A DNA stretch of 64,000 nt from Poseidonia sp. (GTDB taxonomy: Archaea > Thermoplasmatota > Poseidoniia > Poseidoniales > Poseidoniaceae), in NCBI GenBank assembly GCA_038148515.1, contig JAYQVP010000001.1:294102-358101 (forward strand). The letters run 5' to 3'. Below, in pieces: positions 47,158 to 55,775 of the stretch; the stretch's first letter is position 1, and each line of letters begins with the position of its first letter. Under the pieces are notes generated by a model. That model ran no database searches. It had not been told where the DNA came from and saw only the letters and a list, made by a program, of their open reading frames with translations. A program made the position numbers and the translations under genes.

Positions 47158-48519
47158 TCAAGGCGAGGTGTCGATGTGAACCGATTCCAAGGGATAGGGT
47201 TCGGTCATGCGCGACAGGACGGCATCGCTTCGCTGCTCCACCGTCGCTCGCCACGGCTCGTCGATGAGGTCGAGCCCGGGCGGATAGATGTCCACCCACC
47301 ACGAAAGGTCCGATTCCAAAAACGGCGCAAGGTGCGGGGCCAAGTGCTCGAGCCGCTGAACTTGCAGGGCCCACAGGGCGTGTTGGGCGGTGCGCAACGG
47401 CTTGGTGTTGAGAAAGGTCGTGATTTCGGGGGCGTTGGGGTCAAACTCACGCCCCAGCGGGCCGTTCTTGTGGAAGCATTTCCAGCACCGACCGCACCAG
47501 CGTTCACCTACCCCTCGCAAACACGAATTGACCACATCGCCCAGTTCGCTCTGTCTGCACACCTCAAGGGCGCCTGCCTCGGAAAGGTGGTTGATCGGCA
47601 GCACGTAGGCCAGTCCTGCCTTGGCGAACATGGCTCGTGATTTCGCCCAGTAGGGGTCGGTTGCGAAATCTCGGAACACCGAACCTCGCTTCAACCAGGT
47701 ATTGTCAATGGGGGTTCCGTAGGCGATGCCGGCGAGGTTGAGATGGTCCGCCAAAAGGACGAGGTGAACGCCGGCGGCGTGCGCGTCCGAAAACCCGTTG
47801 ACCTTGCCGTGGTAGGTTCGAATGCGTTCGTGATTGGAAGGGATGCACAGCACCTCTCGCCCCGTGCGCTGCTTGATGGCCTCGAAGGTCGCCAACGGCA
47901 AGGTGTGGCTGAGCATGGAGTCGAAATTGCGCTGATGGTAGGCGAGGACGGTGTCGTCGGGAAGCAGGAGCAGAGCCGCCGTGGAATCCACGCCCCCCGA
48001 ATAAGCCAAGGCCAACCGCTCACCGGGTTCACGCGCATCGACCGACCACTGCTTGGCGGCGGGAACCCATTGGCCGATGAGCAACTGCATGGCCAGATGA
48101 AGCAGCGACGGGTGGGTCTTGGCAAGCGAATAATCCTCGGGCATGTCCCAGTGCGTCCAACCCCACGGATGGCGCATCCACACACGCCTCCCTTCTTGCA
48201 ACCAGTTCGAGAGAAGGTCGTCGCCGTTCCACGGACGGTCCTCGTCCGGAGTTGGCTCGCCCTGTTCGGCCTGCGTCACCTGCGCCAGTTTGAGTCGTGC
48301 TCGTCGCTCGTAGGTCCCGTCGTCGGCTTCGGGGTGTTCGCTGATGAAGGCGAGAACCTCTTGCCACGCTTGCTGGTTGTAGAGGGAACGCAGCACGATG
48401 TCCCTAGCAAAGGCTCGGTTGCCCGTCGTCAGTTCGCGCGCGGCAAGGTCCGCTGCCCGTTGGTACTCGCCTGCGTTGTAGGCTTTGCGAATGGGCCAAC
48501 GACGCCACGCCTTCCACAT
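47158..48519 (-). CDS. Second PP-loop (QueC-like, probable DUF6395) protein with TPR-like N-terminus
   Basis: LAYSGGVDSTAALLLLP, SEAG, SCLRG, CGRCWKCFHK; clear paralog of 44497..45780. Confidence 0.6.
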   Translation of the reverse strand: MWKAWRRWPIRKAYNAGEYQRAADLAARELTTGNRAFARDIVLRSLYNQQAWQEVLAFISEHPEADDGTYERRARLKLAQVTQAEQGEPTPDEDRPWNGDDLLSNWLQEGRRVWMRHPWGWTHWDMPEDYSLAKTHPSLLHLAMQLLIGQWVPAAKQWSVDAREPGERLALAYSGGVDSTAALLLLPDDTVLAYHQRNFDSMLSHTLPLATFEAIKQRTGREVLCIPSNHERIRTYHGKVNGFSDAHAAGVHLVLLADHLNLAGIAYGTPIDNTWLKRGSVFRDFATDPYWAKSRAMFAKAGLAYVLPINHLSEAGALEVCRQSELGDVVNSCLRGVGERWCGRCWKCFHKNGPLGREFDPNAPEITTFLNTKPLRTAQHALWALQVQRLEHLAPHLAPFLESDLSWWVDIYPPGLDLIDEPWRATVEQRSDAVLSRMTEPYPLESVHIDTSP

Positions 48520-48619
48520 CGCCAACGCCTCTGCCGTTGCCGAACCGTTCCTCGCTTTTCGTTATCACCCTCCGATGTGGGCTACAAAGGCTAAGGCGTG
48601 GGTGCCCCGTCAACAAACC

Positions 48620-49582
48620 ATGGCGAGCGTCCTCATCACCGGTGGAGGGGGCTACATCGGCCAGGCCTGCGCTCGTGCCTTCCGCGATGAGGGGTGGCAG
48701 GTTCGCGTGCTCGACCGACGTTCCTCCGACGAATGCGAAGGCATGGATGCCTTGCTCGCCCAAGGCTGCACGTTCCACCATGCCGACATTCTTGACGAGG
48801 TTGCGATGGCGGAGGCCATGGCGAACTGCGATGCCGTCCTCCATTTGGCAGCGGTATCCTCGGTGCCCGATTCCATCAGCGACCCAACGACCACCATGCG
48901 CGTCAACGTGGACGGAACGGAGACGGTGCTCAGGGTCGCCGCCCGACTTGGTGTGCCACGCGTCGTGGCGGCGTCAAGCGCTGCCGTGTACGGGTCAAAC
49001 CCCAACATGCCGCTTGAAGAGACGGCCACCTTGCAACCGCTTTCACCGTACGCTGAGAGCAAGCGGTTGAACGAGCAAGCGGTGAACGCCTACCGAGATT
49101 CGGGGATGGACGCCATTGCGGTGCGATTTTTCAACGTCTACGGGGGAGACCAGGTCCGATTTGCCAACAATCGGTCGGTGGTACCCTCCTTCCTTCGCAC
49201 GATGATCGCCGGCGAAGCACCGTGCATGTTCGGTGACGGTTCGCAAACGCGGGACTTCATTCACGTGGACGACCTTGCCCGGGCACTGATGGTGTTGATG
49301 GGTTTGGAGGGACCTTTTCAGCATGCGACGGTCAACCTCTGCACCCAGCGTGAGCATTCCATGTTGGACGTGATGAACGGCATCAACGAAGCGTTGGTGA
49401 AACGGGGCGTGCTCGACAAAGCTCTGGTTCCCACCCATCAACCTCCAAGAGAAGGTGACATCCACCGCTCATACGGCTCAAATCGGCGGCTCGTCGAAAC
49501 GACAGGTTGGGCACCTCAGCATGATTTTGTGAGCGGGCTTGACGATACGGTGGGCCGGTTCCTTGGAGGAGCGAGGGAATGA
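48620..49582 (+). CDS. NAD-dependent epimerase/dehydratase (GalE/WbpP-like)
   Basis: TGGGGYIG, HLAA, SSAAVYG, SPYAESK, RFFNVYG, GDGSQTRDF. Confidence 0.9.
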   Translation: MASVLITGGGGYIGQACARAFRDEGWQVRVLDRRSSDECEGMDALLAQGCTFHHADILDEVAMAEAMANCDAVLHLAAVSSVPDSISDPTTTMRVNVDGTETVLRVAARLGVPRVVAASSAAVYGSNPNMPLEETATLQPLSPYAESKRLNEQAVNAYRDSGMDAIAVRFFNVYGGDQVRFANNRSVVPSFLRTMIAGEAPCMFGDGSQTRDFIHVDDLARALMVLMGLEGPFQHATVNLCTQREHSMLDVMNGINEALVKRGVLDKALVPTHQPPREGDIHRSYGSNRRLVETTGWAPQHDFVSGLDDTVGRFLGGARE

Positions 49583-50691
49583 AGGTCGCTTGGTTCACCG
49601 TCCGAAAATGGGCCGATTTTTGCGCCACCACCACCGATGCGCTTGCGCATGGGATGGTCGCCAACGGTCACGAGTTGACGGTGTTCAACCCGGATGCGTC
49701 GGAAGCGCACCGCGACGCTCCGTGGAGCCACGTTTCGCTTGACCAGAGCGAGCGACGAGGTTTTCGAGCCCGCAGCGTGGCTAAATCGGGGGCTCGCTGG
49801 CTCTCCAACGCGGCGAACACCGTCGATGTTGACGTCGTTCTCGTCGACTGGCAGTTGCTTCCTACGCTCATGCCCACGTTGACGCACCTGAACCGTCCGG
49901 TGGTGCTGGTTGACCGTTCGCCCCCCGCCGATGCAGGTTTGCTTGGAAGGCTGCAGTGGAGGGTCTGGAAGCGAGCGTGGCAGTGCCTACGTTACGGACG
50001 CGTTCAGGCGGGGACCGTGGTGTCGCAAGCCCACGCAGCCTTCGTGACGCAACGGGCCGGTGTGCGAGCGAGCGACATGCATTCGCTGCCCGCCGGCGTG
50101 GACGTCAACGCCTTCCAACCGCACGCCATCCCAAGCACACCTCTGCGAACGGTGTACCACGGCCGGCTTGACAAGAACCGAGGCGTGCTCGCTTTGCCGA
50201 TGCTCGTTCATTTGCTCCGACAGGACGGCGTGGACGCTGAACTCACGCTGATCGGTGACGGCGATGCGTTGCCTGCGCTCAAGCAGATGGAAGCCGAACG
50301 GCCGTGGATGAACCTCGTGCCCACCCTCACTCACGAGGACTTGCCGGCTGAACTCACCCAACACCACGTCGGCTTCTTGCCGATGCCGGCGACGACGGTG
50401 TGGCAACTGGCCAGCCCGCTCAAGCGGAGCGAATACCTTGCTGCAGGCCTTCTGGTTCTCGGCATCGACCACGACGGTCACCGTCTTGAAGGTGTGAGCG
50501 AGGCATGGTACCGGCTTCTTGCGCAAGAGGACTTTCTGGGCGACGGTGTGGCGTGGTTGAAACAACTCGACGAACACCGCCTTGCGGATGGCCGGGCGGC
50601 AGCCAGAACGTTCGCTGAATCCTCTTGCTCGTGGAACACCAGCGTTGAGGTTCTAGAAAACCTGCTTCAGTCCTTCAACCACGACGCGTAG
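49579..50691 (+). CDS. GT-B (GT4) glycosyltransferase
   Basis: GVD..F, YHGRL...RG, ASPLKRSEYLAAGL. Confidence 0.8.
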   Translation: MKVAWFTVRKWADFCATTTDALAHGMVANGHELTVFNPDASEAHRDAPWSHVSLDQSERRGFRARSVAKSGARWLSNAANTVDVDVVLVDWQLLPTLMPTLTHLNRPVVLVDRSPPADAGLLGRLQWRVWKRAWQCLRYGRVQAGTVVSQAHAAFVTQRAGVRASDMHSLPAGVDVNAFQPHAIPSTPLRTVYHGRLDKNRGVLALPMLVHLLRQDGVDAELTLIGDGDALPALKQMEAERPWMNLVPTLTHEDLPAELTQHHVGFLPMPATTVWQLASPLKRSEYLAAGLLVLGIDHDGHRLEGVSEAWYRLLAQEDFLGDGVAWLKQLDEHRLADGRAAARTFAESSCSWNTSVEVLENLLQSFNHDA

Positions 50692-51647
50692 AGCGCCCCC
50701 CACCGCTGCGCAACAGCGGCGACCCGGTGGTCATCGAGGTTGACCTGTGGTTGTGGGGAGCCGTCCATCACCCCTTGCACGGCCTGAACCCAATCTTGCA
50801 CGTTCGGCCCGGCGCGAACCGTGCCTTCGGGCAGGGAATGAAGCCGCTGCGGTGCGATCACGGGAAGGCCGCACGCCAACGCTTCGAGCACGACCAAAGG
50901 TTGGCCTTCAACGCTGGAAGGCAGGAGCAACACGGTTGCTGTTTGAAGAAGTTCGAGTTTTTTCTCCTCGCTGACCCACCCCAGCGGTTGAACAAAATGC
51001 AGCGATGAGTGTTCCCGCCCGGTCATGCTCAAACGGACATCGGGGTGGTTTTCCACGAGACGAGCGACCACCTCTTCGGCAAACCCGTGCCCTTTGACCG
51101 GGTCGTCTCGACCGAGAACAAGCACATGGTTGGTGTCGCGGGCGCGTTCACCGGGAGCATACTTCGGCCCCACCGGATTCACAACCGCTTCAACCGGCCC
51201 AAGCACTGGAGCGAGTAACCGCTTCCACTCCTCGCTCAACACTGCTTGGTGCAATCCGAGTTTAGCCACACTTGAACGGTGTTGTTTCGCTCGTTTTCCG
51301 TCCGCAGGACCCATCCATGCCGCCAGTCGGCCCGAATGGTGGTGAAGCACGGCCGGCACCTCAAAGCGGCGCACGGTCCTCAACAGGCGAAGCTTCCGGC
51401 GGAGGGACCAGTCCGAGGCCACGTGAACGTGAACGATATCGGGCCGCTGGTCGGCTGAGGCACATCGCCGCTTCAGTTCCGCCCTTGCCCGCCTGTAGGC
51501 TCGCCATTTCGTCCACGGGCTTCCCGGGGCATGCGAGGCGAGCAGGTCGGCCTGCCAGCCATCGGGAGGGTGTTCAGCCAGCGTCCGCATCACGGTTGCC
51601 ATGCCCCCAGGCGTGTCGCACGGCCCCACATGCAACACCCTTCGCAT
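50667..51647 (-). CDS. GT-B (GT4) glycosyltransferase
   Basis: GGMATV, GR...KG, PSSVEGQPLVVLEALACGLPV. Confidence 0.85.
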   Translation of the reverse strand: MRRVLHVGPCDTPGGMATVMRTLAEHPPDGWQADLLASHAPGSPWTKWRAYRRARAELKRRCASADQRPDIVHVHVASDWSLRRKLRLLRTVRRFEVPAVLHHHSGRLAAWMGPADGKRAKQHRSSVAKLGLHQAVLSEEWKRLLAPVLGPVEAVVNPVGPKYAPGERARDTNHVLVLGRDDPVKGHGFAEEVVARLVENHPDVRLSMTGREHSSLHFVQPLGWVSEEKKLELLQTATVLLLPSSVEGQPLVVLEALACGLPVIAPQRLHSLPEGTVRAGPNVQDWVQAVQGVMDGSPQPQVNLDDHRVAAVAQRWGALYASWLKD

Positions 51648-51750
51648 GGTTGGACGGAGGGCTTCGGGATGAAGAAAGCACGGGCGAAAGCGGCTTGGAG
51701 GACCGAGCATGAACAGGAGGGCTCAAGGATGGAAGGGAACACGTACCTGC

Positions 51751-52977
51751 ATGGTCGTTGTGCCAGCGATGATCGAAGGTGCGGCTTTGGGAGTGGCCCT
51801 GCTGCCCTTCGTCGTTCATCGCTGGGACATGTATCGCTGGGACCGCGACCATCGTCAGGACCACCGCCCCAAAGCCGTGAACCACCAGGAAGCACTGACG
51901 GTCGTGCTGCCCTTGTGGAACGAATCCGCTATCATCACCCAGAAATTGGACAACCTCGCACAGCAAGACATGGCGTGTACGCTGCTCGTCATCGATTCCG
52001 CCTCCACCGACGACACCATTGCCAAGGTGGAAGGGTGGTTGAAGGCGAATCCCACGGCCTTCGCTGCCTCGCAGGTCATCGTCATGCCAGAACGAAAGGG
52101 AAAATCCGCCGCCGTGATTCAGGCGCTCACCCACATTGGCCAACACGCCGAAGGGCTGGTGTGCATGACGGACGCTGACGCCTTGCTGGAGACGGGTGTG
52201 CTTCGGCGCATGATGCAGTGGTTCGCCGACCCGATGGTCGGTGCTGTGGGCGCTCTTCCTCGACGGATAGGCGCACGGCCCGAGGAGCAGGAACACCGGG
52301 CGTCCTGGGAGGCCATGCGACTGGCTGAATCCATGGTGGATAGCACCCCGTTTCTCGAGGGTTCATGCATGATGTGGCGGCCTTCGAGCATGGCTATTGA
52401 CGATCTCGTGGAGCACGCCAACGCCGACGACGCCCAAATCGCCACCTCGGTGCGCTGCAAGGGATGGCGCGTCGTGGTCGACCCCCAAGCACGGTTCGTG
52501 GATGCTGCACCGGCATCGGCCATTGAACAGCGACGCCAAAAAATTCGCAGGGCTCAAGGACTCCAGCGTTTGCTCGTGCGGCAACGTCGCGTGGCAACGC
52601 AGCGCCATCAGGGGATCTTTGCTCGCATCTTTCGCCGACAACACCACTTCCATGTCGTCGCTCCCTTGGCCCTGACCGTGGCGGTTGCTTCTGCTGTGCT
52701 GCGGTGGGCGTTCATTCTGCTGTACGGTTGGCCAGCGACCTTCACATTGGCCAACAGTTTGCATCTGGGCTTCACCGTGGCCGAATTGGTGACGGTTGCC
52801 TTGTGGTGGCGAGGCAGACGTGGATTGAGCAACGGACCGTTCAGCGTCTTGGGCCATTGGCTGGCCAGCATGGAATTGCTGGGTCGAGCCTTGGTGACCA
52901 CCGCCCGTGGCCGTTCGCTCCATGTTTGGGAGCAACACGCCGACGTTCGAGAACGGCTCAAGGATGTCAAAGTTTGA
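51751..52977 (+). CDS. Membrane GT2 glycosyltransferase (PgaC/CESA-like)
   Basis: LPLWNE, DSASTD, GK, TDADA, DD, QKIRR; TM helices at both ends. Start may be 51769. Confidence 0.8.
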   Translation: MVVVPAMIEGAALGVALLPFVVHRWDMYRWDRDHRQDHRPKAVNHQEALTVVLPLWNESAIITQKLDNLAQQDMACTLLVIDSASTDDTIAKVEGWLKANPTAFAASQVIVMPERKGKSAAVIQALTHIGQHAEGLVCMTDADALLETGVLRRMMQWFADPMVGAVGALPRRIGARPEEQEHRASWEAMRLAESMVDSTPFLEGSCMMWRPSSMAIDDLVEHANADDAQIATSVRCKGWRVVVDPQARFVDAAPASAIEQRRQKIRRAQGLQRLLVRQRRVATQRHQGIFARIFRRQHHFHVVAPLALTVAVASAVLRWAFILLYGWPATFTLANSLHLGFTVAELVTVALWWRGRRGLSNGPFSVLGHWLASMELLGRALVTTARGRSLHVWEQHADVRERLKDVKV

Positions 52978-52978
52978 G

Positions 52979-53016
52979 AAAAAGGCCCCGCCGTCAGCCT
53001 TGGCTGACGGAGGGGC
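52979..53016 (-). terminator. Stem-loop plus U-tract downstream of the pilin gene
   Basis: Minus strand: GCCCC-T-CCGTCAGC-CAAG-GCTGACGG-C-GGGGC followed by CTTTTT. Confidence 0.7.
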
Positions 53017-53064
53017 GTTGTACAGGTCAGAGACCTGGAATCGGCTGAGGCCGTGTGATCGAAA

Positions 53065-53565
53065 TCACTCAGCGACGACGTTGTTGGTCGTGTCGATGGT
53101 CTTGCCTTCTCGGGTGTCCGTGATGGTCACGTCGATGCTGCAAGAGCTGCTGCACAGGTCGGTACCGGTCTCAACGATGGTGACGCCATCGCCAACGGAC
53201 CAGACTTGGTCGTCGGTGGTGCCGTACTCAACAAGGCCGCAGACGCCGCCAGTGTTGCCAGGGTTGTCACAGGTCACAGGTGCTGCACCGTCGATGGACA
53301 ACTTCACTGAGATCGAAGCCCAGTTGATGTCGCCGCCTTGGTCCATGCTCAGCATGATCAGGTTGTCATCGGATTCTGCGCTGGGGGAACCTTGAGCGTC
53401 ATCGCCGCTGAACGCGTACAATGCCAGGTTTCCATCGGTGTTGCCTTCAGCGAGGGAGCTAGCCCACACGTACAGCACACCAGCCAACACAACGGTGATG
53501 GCCACCATCAAGATGGTAGCAATGACCGGGCTGACAGCCTCTTCATTTCGGTTTTCGTTTTGCAT
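53065..53565 (-). CDS. Archaeal type IV pilin (class III signal peptide)
   Basis: NEEA|VSPVIATILMVAITVVLAGVLYVW; AGGAGG Shine-Dalgarno. Confidence 0.92.
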   Translation of the reverse strand: MQNENRNEEAVSPVIATILMVAITVVLAGVLYVWASSLAEGNTDGNLALYAFSGDDAQGSPSAESDDNLIMLSMDQGGDINWASISVKLSIDGAAPVTCDNPGNTGGVCGLVEYGTTDDQVWSVGDGVTIVETGTDLCSSSCSIDVTITDTREGKTIDTTNNVVAE

Positions 53566-53615
53566 ATTTTTGTCCTCCTTGCCCCTCAGGGGGCACCATT
53601 GCCATAGCCGTCCTC

Positions 53616-53671
53616 ATATTAAATGATACGGTGCCAGATGTTCGCCTTCCGCGCGAAAAACGGCGTTTTTC
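53616..53671 (-). promoter_or_regulatory. Pilin promoter: TATA-like TTTAATAT (53616-53623) and upstream palindrome GAAAAACG-G-CGTTTTTC (53655-53671)
   Basis: Read directly. The spacing places the TSS near 53595, at a 6-bp hairpin just before the SD. Confidence 0.5.
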
Positions 53672-53904
53672 AGAGAATTTTCAAGGTGGTGCCGAACAGT
53701 CTTATCGCGCCGAAGAGTGGTGCAGACCGTTTGTAAATACCATTTCTGCATCGATGATGGCTGACGCTGGGGTGGAGTAGAGGTGAACAGGGTGAGAGAA
53801 AACGAGAGGGGATGGGATGCACTCAACGAGAACTTCAACAGCCCTGTTCATGAGACTGGAGGTGTTGACAGTTTATAGGGCTTTTCAAGCCCAAAAAGCG
53901 AGAT

Positions 53905-54918
53905 TTACTCGACGGTGAGGATTTCCGGGCCGCCGGAGGTCACGTGGACGGTGTGCTCGAACTGTGCGATATTGCCCCCGTCCTTGCATCGCAACACATG
54001 ATACGTCTCCAAAAAGCGAATGCTGATGAGTTTCTTGATCAGCGCATTCCACTTGCTCTGAAGGCTCGCTTCGTCGGCGTCCGGGAAGGGTTTCTTCAAC
54101 ATGGGGTAGGCCCAGCGTTCTGCAAATGGAAGGGTGGAATAGCGCTCTTCGAGGTTGCGAGCCATTTGCGCCCCCAGCGGTTTGAGTTGGCCCTTGGCGC
54201 GAGCCTTTCTCGATGTGGTAATGCCCGTGACCCGGTAAATGTTGGAGGAGTGGTGACTCCCGATGTTCTCGATAAGCCCCGATGAGCCGGTCGTGTTGAA
54301 CGGTTCGATGGCGTAAACACCGCCATCCTCCACGACACCCTTGAACCCCTGGTTGTCCTTGCCGCAGGCATAGGATGGAACGGAGACGCCGGCATGCAAC
54401 TCCCAGGGCTTGAGTTGGTGACCGCAGAGGTTGCGAATGGGTTGGAAGCCAGCGTCAAGCGACGGCTGCGCCGCTGCTTGGCCCACTTTGTACCACGGCG
54501 TTCCCGGGTGCATCAGTTCCACCGCTGCGTCCCTGGCTTCCTTGGCCGCTTTGATCTGTTCAGTGTGCTCGTTGCTGTTGCCCACTTCAAAGGTCAACGC
54601 ATTGTCGCCGATGTGGCCTTTGATGTGGACGCCGAAGTCAATCTTGACCAGGTCGCCTTTCTGCAACACCATGTCGCCCTCCCATCCTTCAACGCCCTCA
54701 ACGAGGTGGTTGGTGGTGAAGTGGGCAGCGAGATCGTTCACGGCGATGGTGCCGGGGAAGGCAGGTTTGCCACCGTGGCGATGAATGAAGCGTTCGGCGC
54801 TTTCGATGATCTCGTGAAAGGTCTTGCCCGGTTGCAATTCCAATTTCATCGCTTCGAGGGTTCGCCGTGCGACGTGGCCTGCATCTCGCCAATATTTCAG
54901 GTCCGATTCGTCCACCAT
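53905..54918 (-). CDS. map: Methionine aminopeptidase type II
   Basis: AFP, AAHFT, KIDFGVHIKGHIGD, NLCGH, LHAG, AIEPF, AQFEHT. Confidence 0.95.
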   Translation of the reverse strand: MVDESDLKYWRDAGHVARRTLEAMKLELQPGKTFHEIIESAERFIHRHGGKPAFPGTIAVNDLAAHFTTNHLVEGVEGWEGDMVLQKGDLVKIDFGVHIKGHIGDNALTFEVGNSNEHTEQIKAAKEARDAAVELMHPGTPWYKVGQAAAQPSLDAGFQPIRNLCGHQLKPWELHAGVSVPSYACGKDNQGFKGVVEDGGVYAIEPFNTTGSSGLIENIGSHHSSNIYRVTGITTSRKARAKGQLKPLGAQMARNLEERYSTLPFAERWAYPMLKKPFPDADEASLQSKWNALIKKLISIRFLETYHVLRCKDGGNIAQFEHTVHVTSGGPEILTVE

Positions 54919-55490
54919 TCCATCACGCTATCGGCGGATACAATGCCTTCTCTCATAATGGTTATGTTTGCCCCGTGTTCATTTCCTGTCACGGACACGA
55001 TGGTGCTACCGACCCCTCCCGGGCAGGCGCCGGGCAAAATTGCCACCTCGGGCAGCCCAAGACTCTGCCCGGCTGCTTCCGCCGTCGCCTCTGGGATTTC
55101 GCCAGATTCGTTCGCACTCGTGGCGGTGATGGGGCCACACGCCGTCACCAGTGCCCGAGCGGTTGGGTGAGCGAGGCAACGAACGGCCACTCGCCAACCC
55201 CCCAAACGTGGGTCCAAGGCTTCGTGGGCATCAAGGATGAACGTGAAGACGCCAGGTGGGAACGCCGCCTCAAGGGCGTGAACCTCTGGCGGGACGGCCA
55301 CCACGGAGCTGGCTTGTTCCAAGGAGAGAACGCCCAAACTCACGGGTTTGTCGGGCGAACGTTGTTTGAGGGCAAAGAGGGCATCGAGGCCCTCCTTGGT
55401 GGGCAAACAGGCCAATCCGGGCAGGGTGGAGGTCGGGTAGGCCACCACGCCACCTTTCTCGAGGTGGCGAATCAAGGCCACGTTCAACAT
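54897..55490 (-). CDS. L-threonylcarbamoyladenylate synthase (YrdC/TsaC-type, no SUA5 domain)
   Basis: VAYPT, K.R...KP, PG..T, AVR, TATSANESG, STIV. Confidence 0.88.
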   Translation of the reverse strand: MLNVALIRHLEKGGVVAYPTSTLPGLACLPTKEGLDALFALKQRSPDKPVSLGVLSLEQASSVVAVPPEVHALEAAFPPGVFTFILDAHEALDPRLGGWRVAVRCLAHPTARALVTACGPITATSANESGEIPEATAEAAGQSLGLPEVAILPGACPGGVGSTIVSVTGNEHGANITIMREGIVSADSVMEWWTNRT

Positions 55491-55493
55491 CGT

Positions 55494-55766
55494 TCACGCA
55501 CGCACCCATGAGGTGACGTGCTGCTTGGCAACGGTGGAGGCCAACGTCTTGTCTTCGGTACGCACCATGAGTTTCCCGCTGGGGTACAGCGTCATCTCGC
55601 AAGGACCCGAGAAGGTCCAGCACAAACGAGAACGAACACCCACGTCGTAGCCTTCGGCTTCAATCGCTGCGCCGACTCGCTCAAGATCGATGGATTCCAC
55701 TCCCTCTGGGACGATTTGGTACGCTGCTTGTGTACCGCACAACTCCATTGCAAAACCTTCGGTCAT
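55494..55766 (-). CDS. Small hypothetical protein (TBP-like fold?)
   Basis: LCG..AYQI, IDL, TLYPSGKLMV; tightly packed in the operon. Confidence 0.6.
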   Translation of the reverse strand: MTEGFAMELCGTQAAYQIVPEGVESIDLERVGAAIEAEGYDVGVRSRLCWTFSGPCEMTLYPSGKLMVRTEDKTLASTVAKQHVTSWVRA

Positions 55767-55775
55767 CGATTCACC

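Noticed and set aside
44497..48519. PP-loop proteins as true QueC or as defence components (QatC, CBASS Cap9)
   Set aside because: No queD/queE/tgt, qat or cyclase genes are nearby; the neighbours are all glycan genes.
53614..53838. 74-aa minus-strand ORF upstream of the pilin
   Set aside because: TTG start, no motifs, and it runs through the putative pilin promoter.
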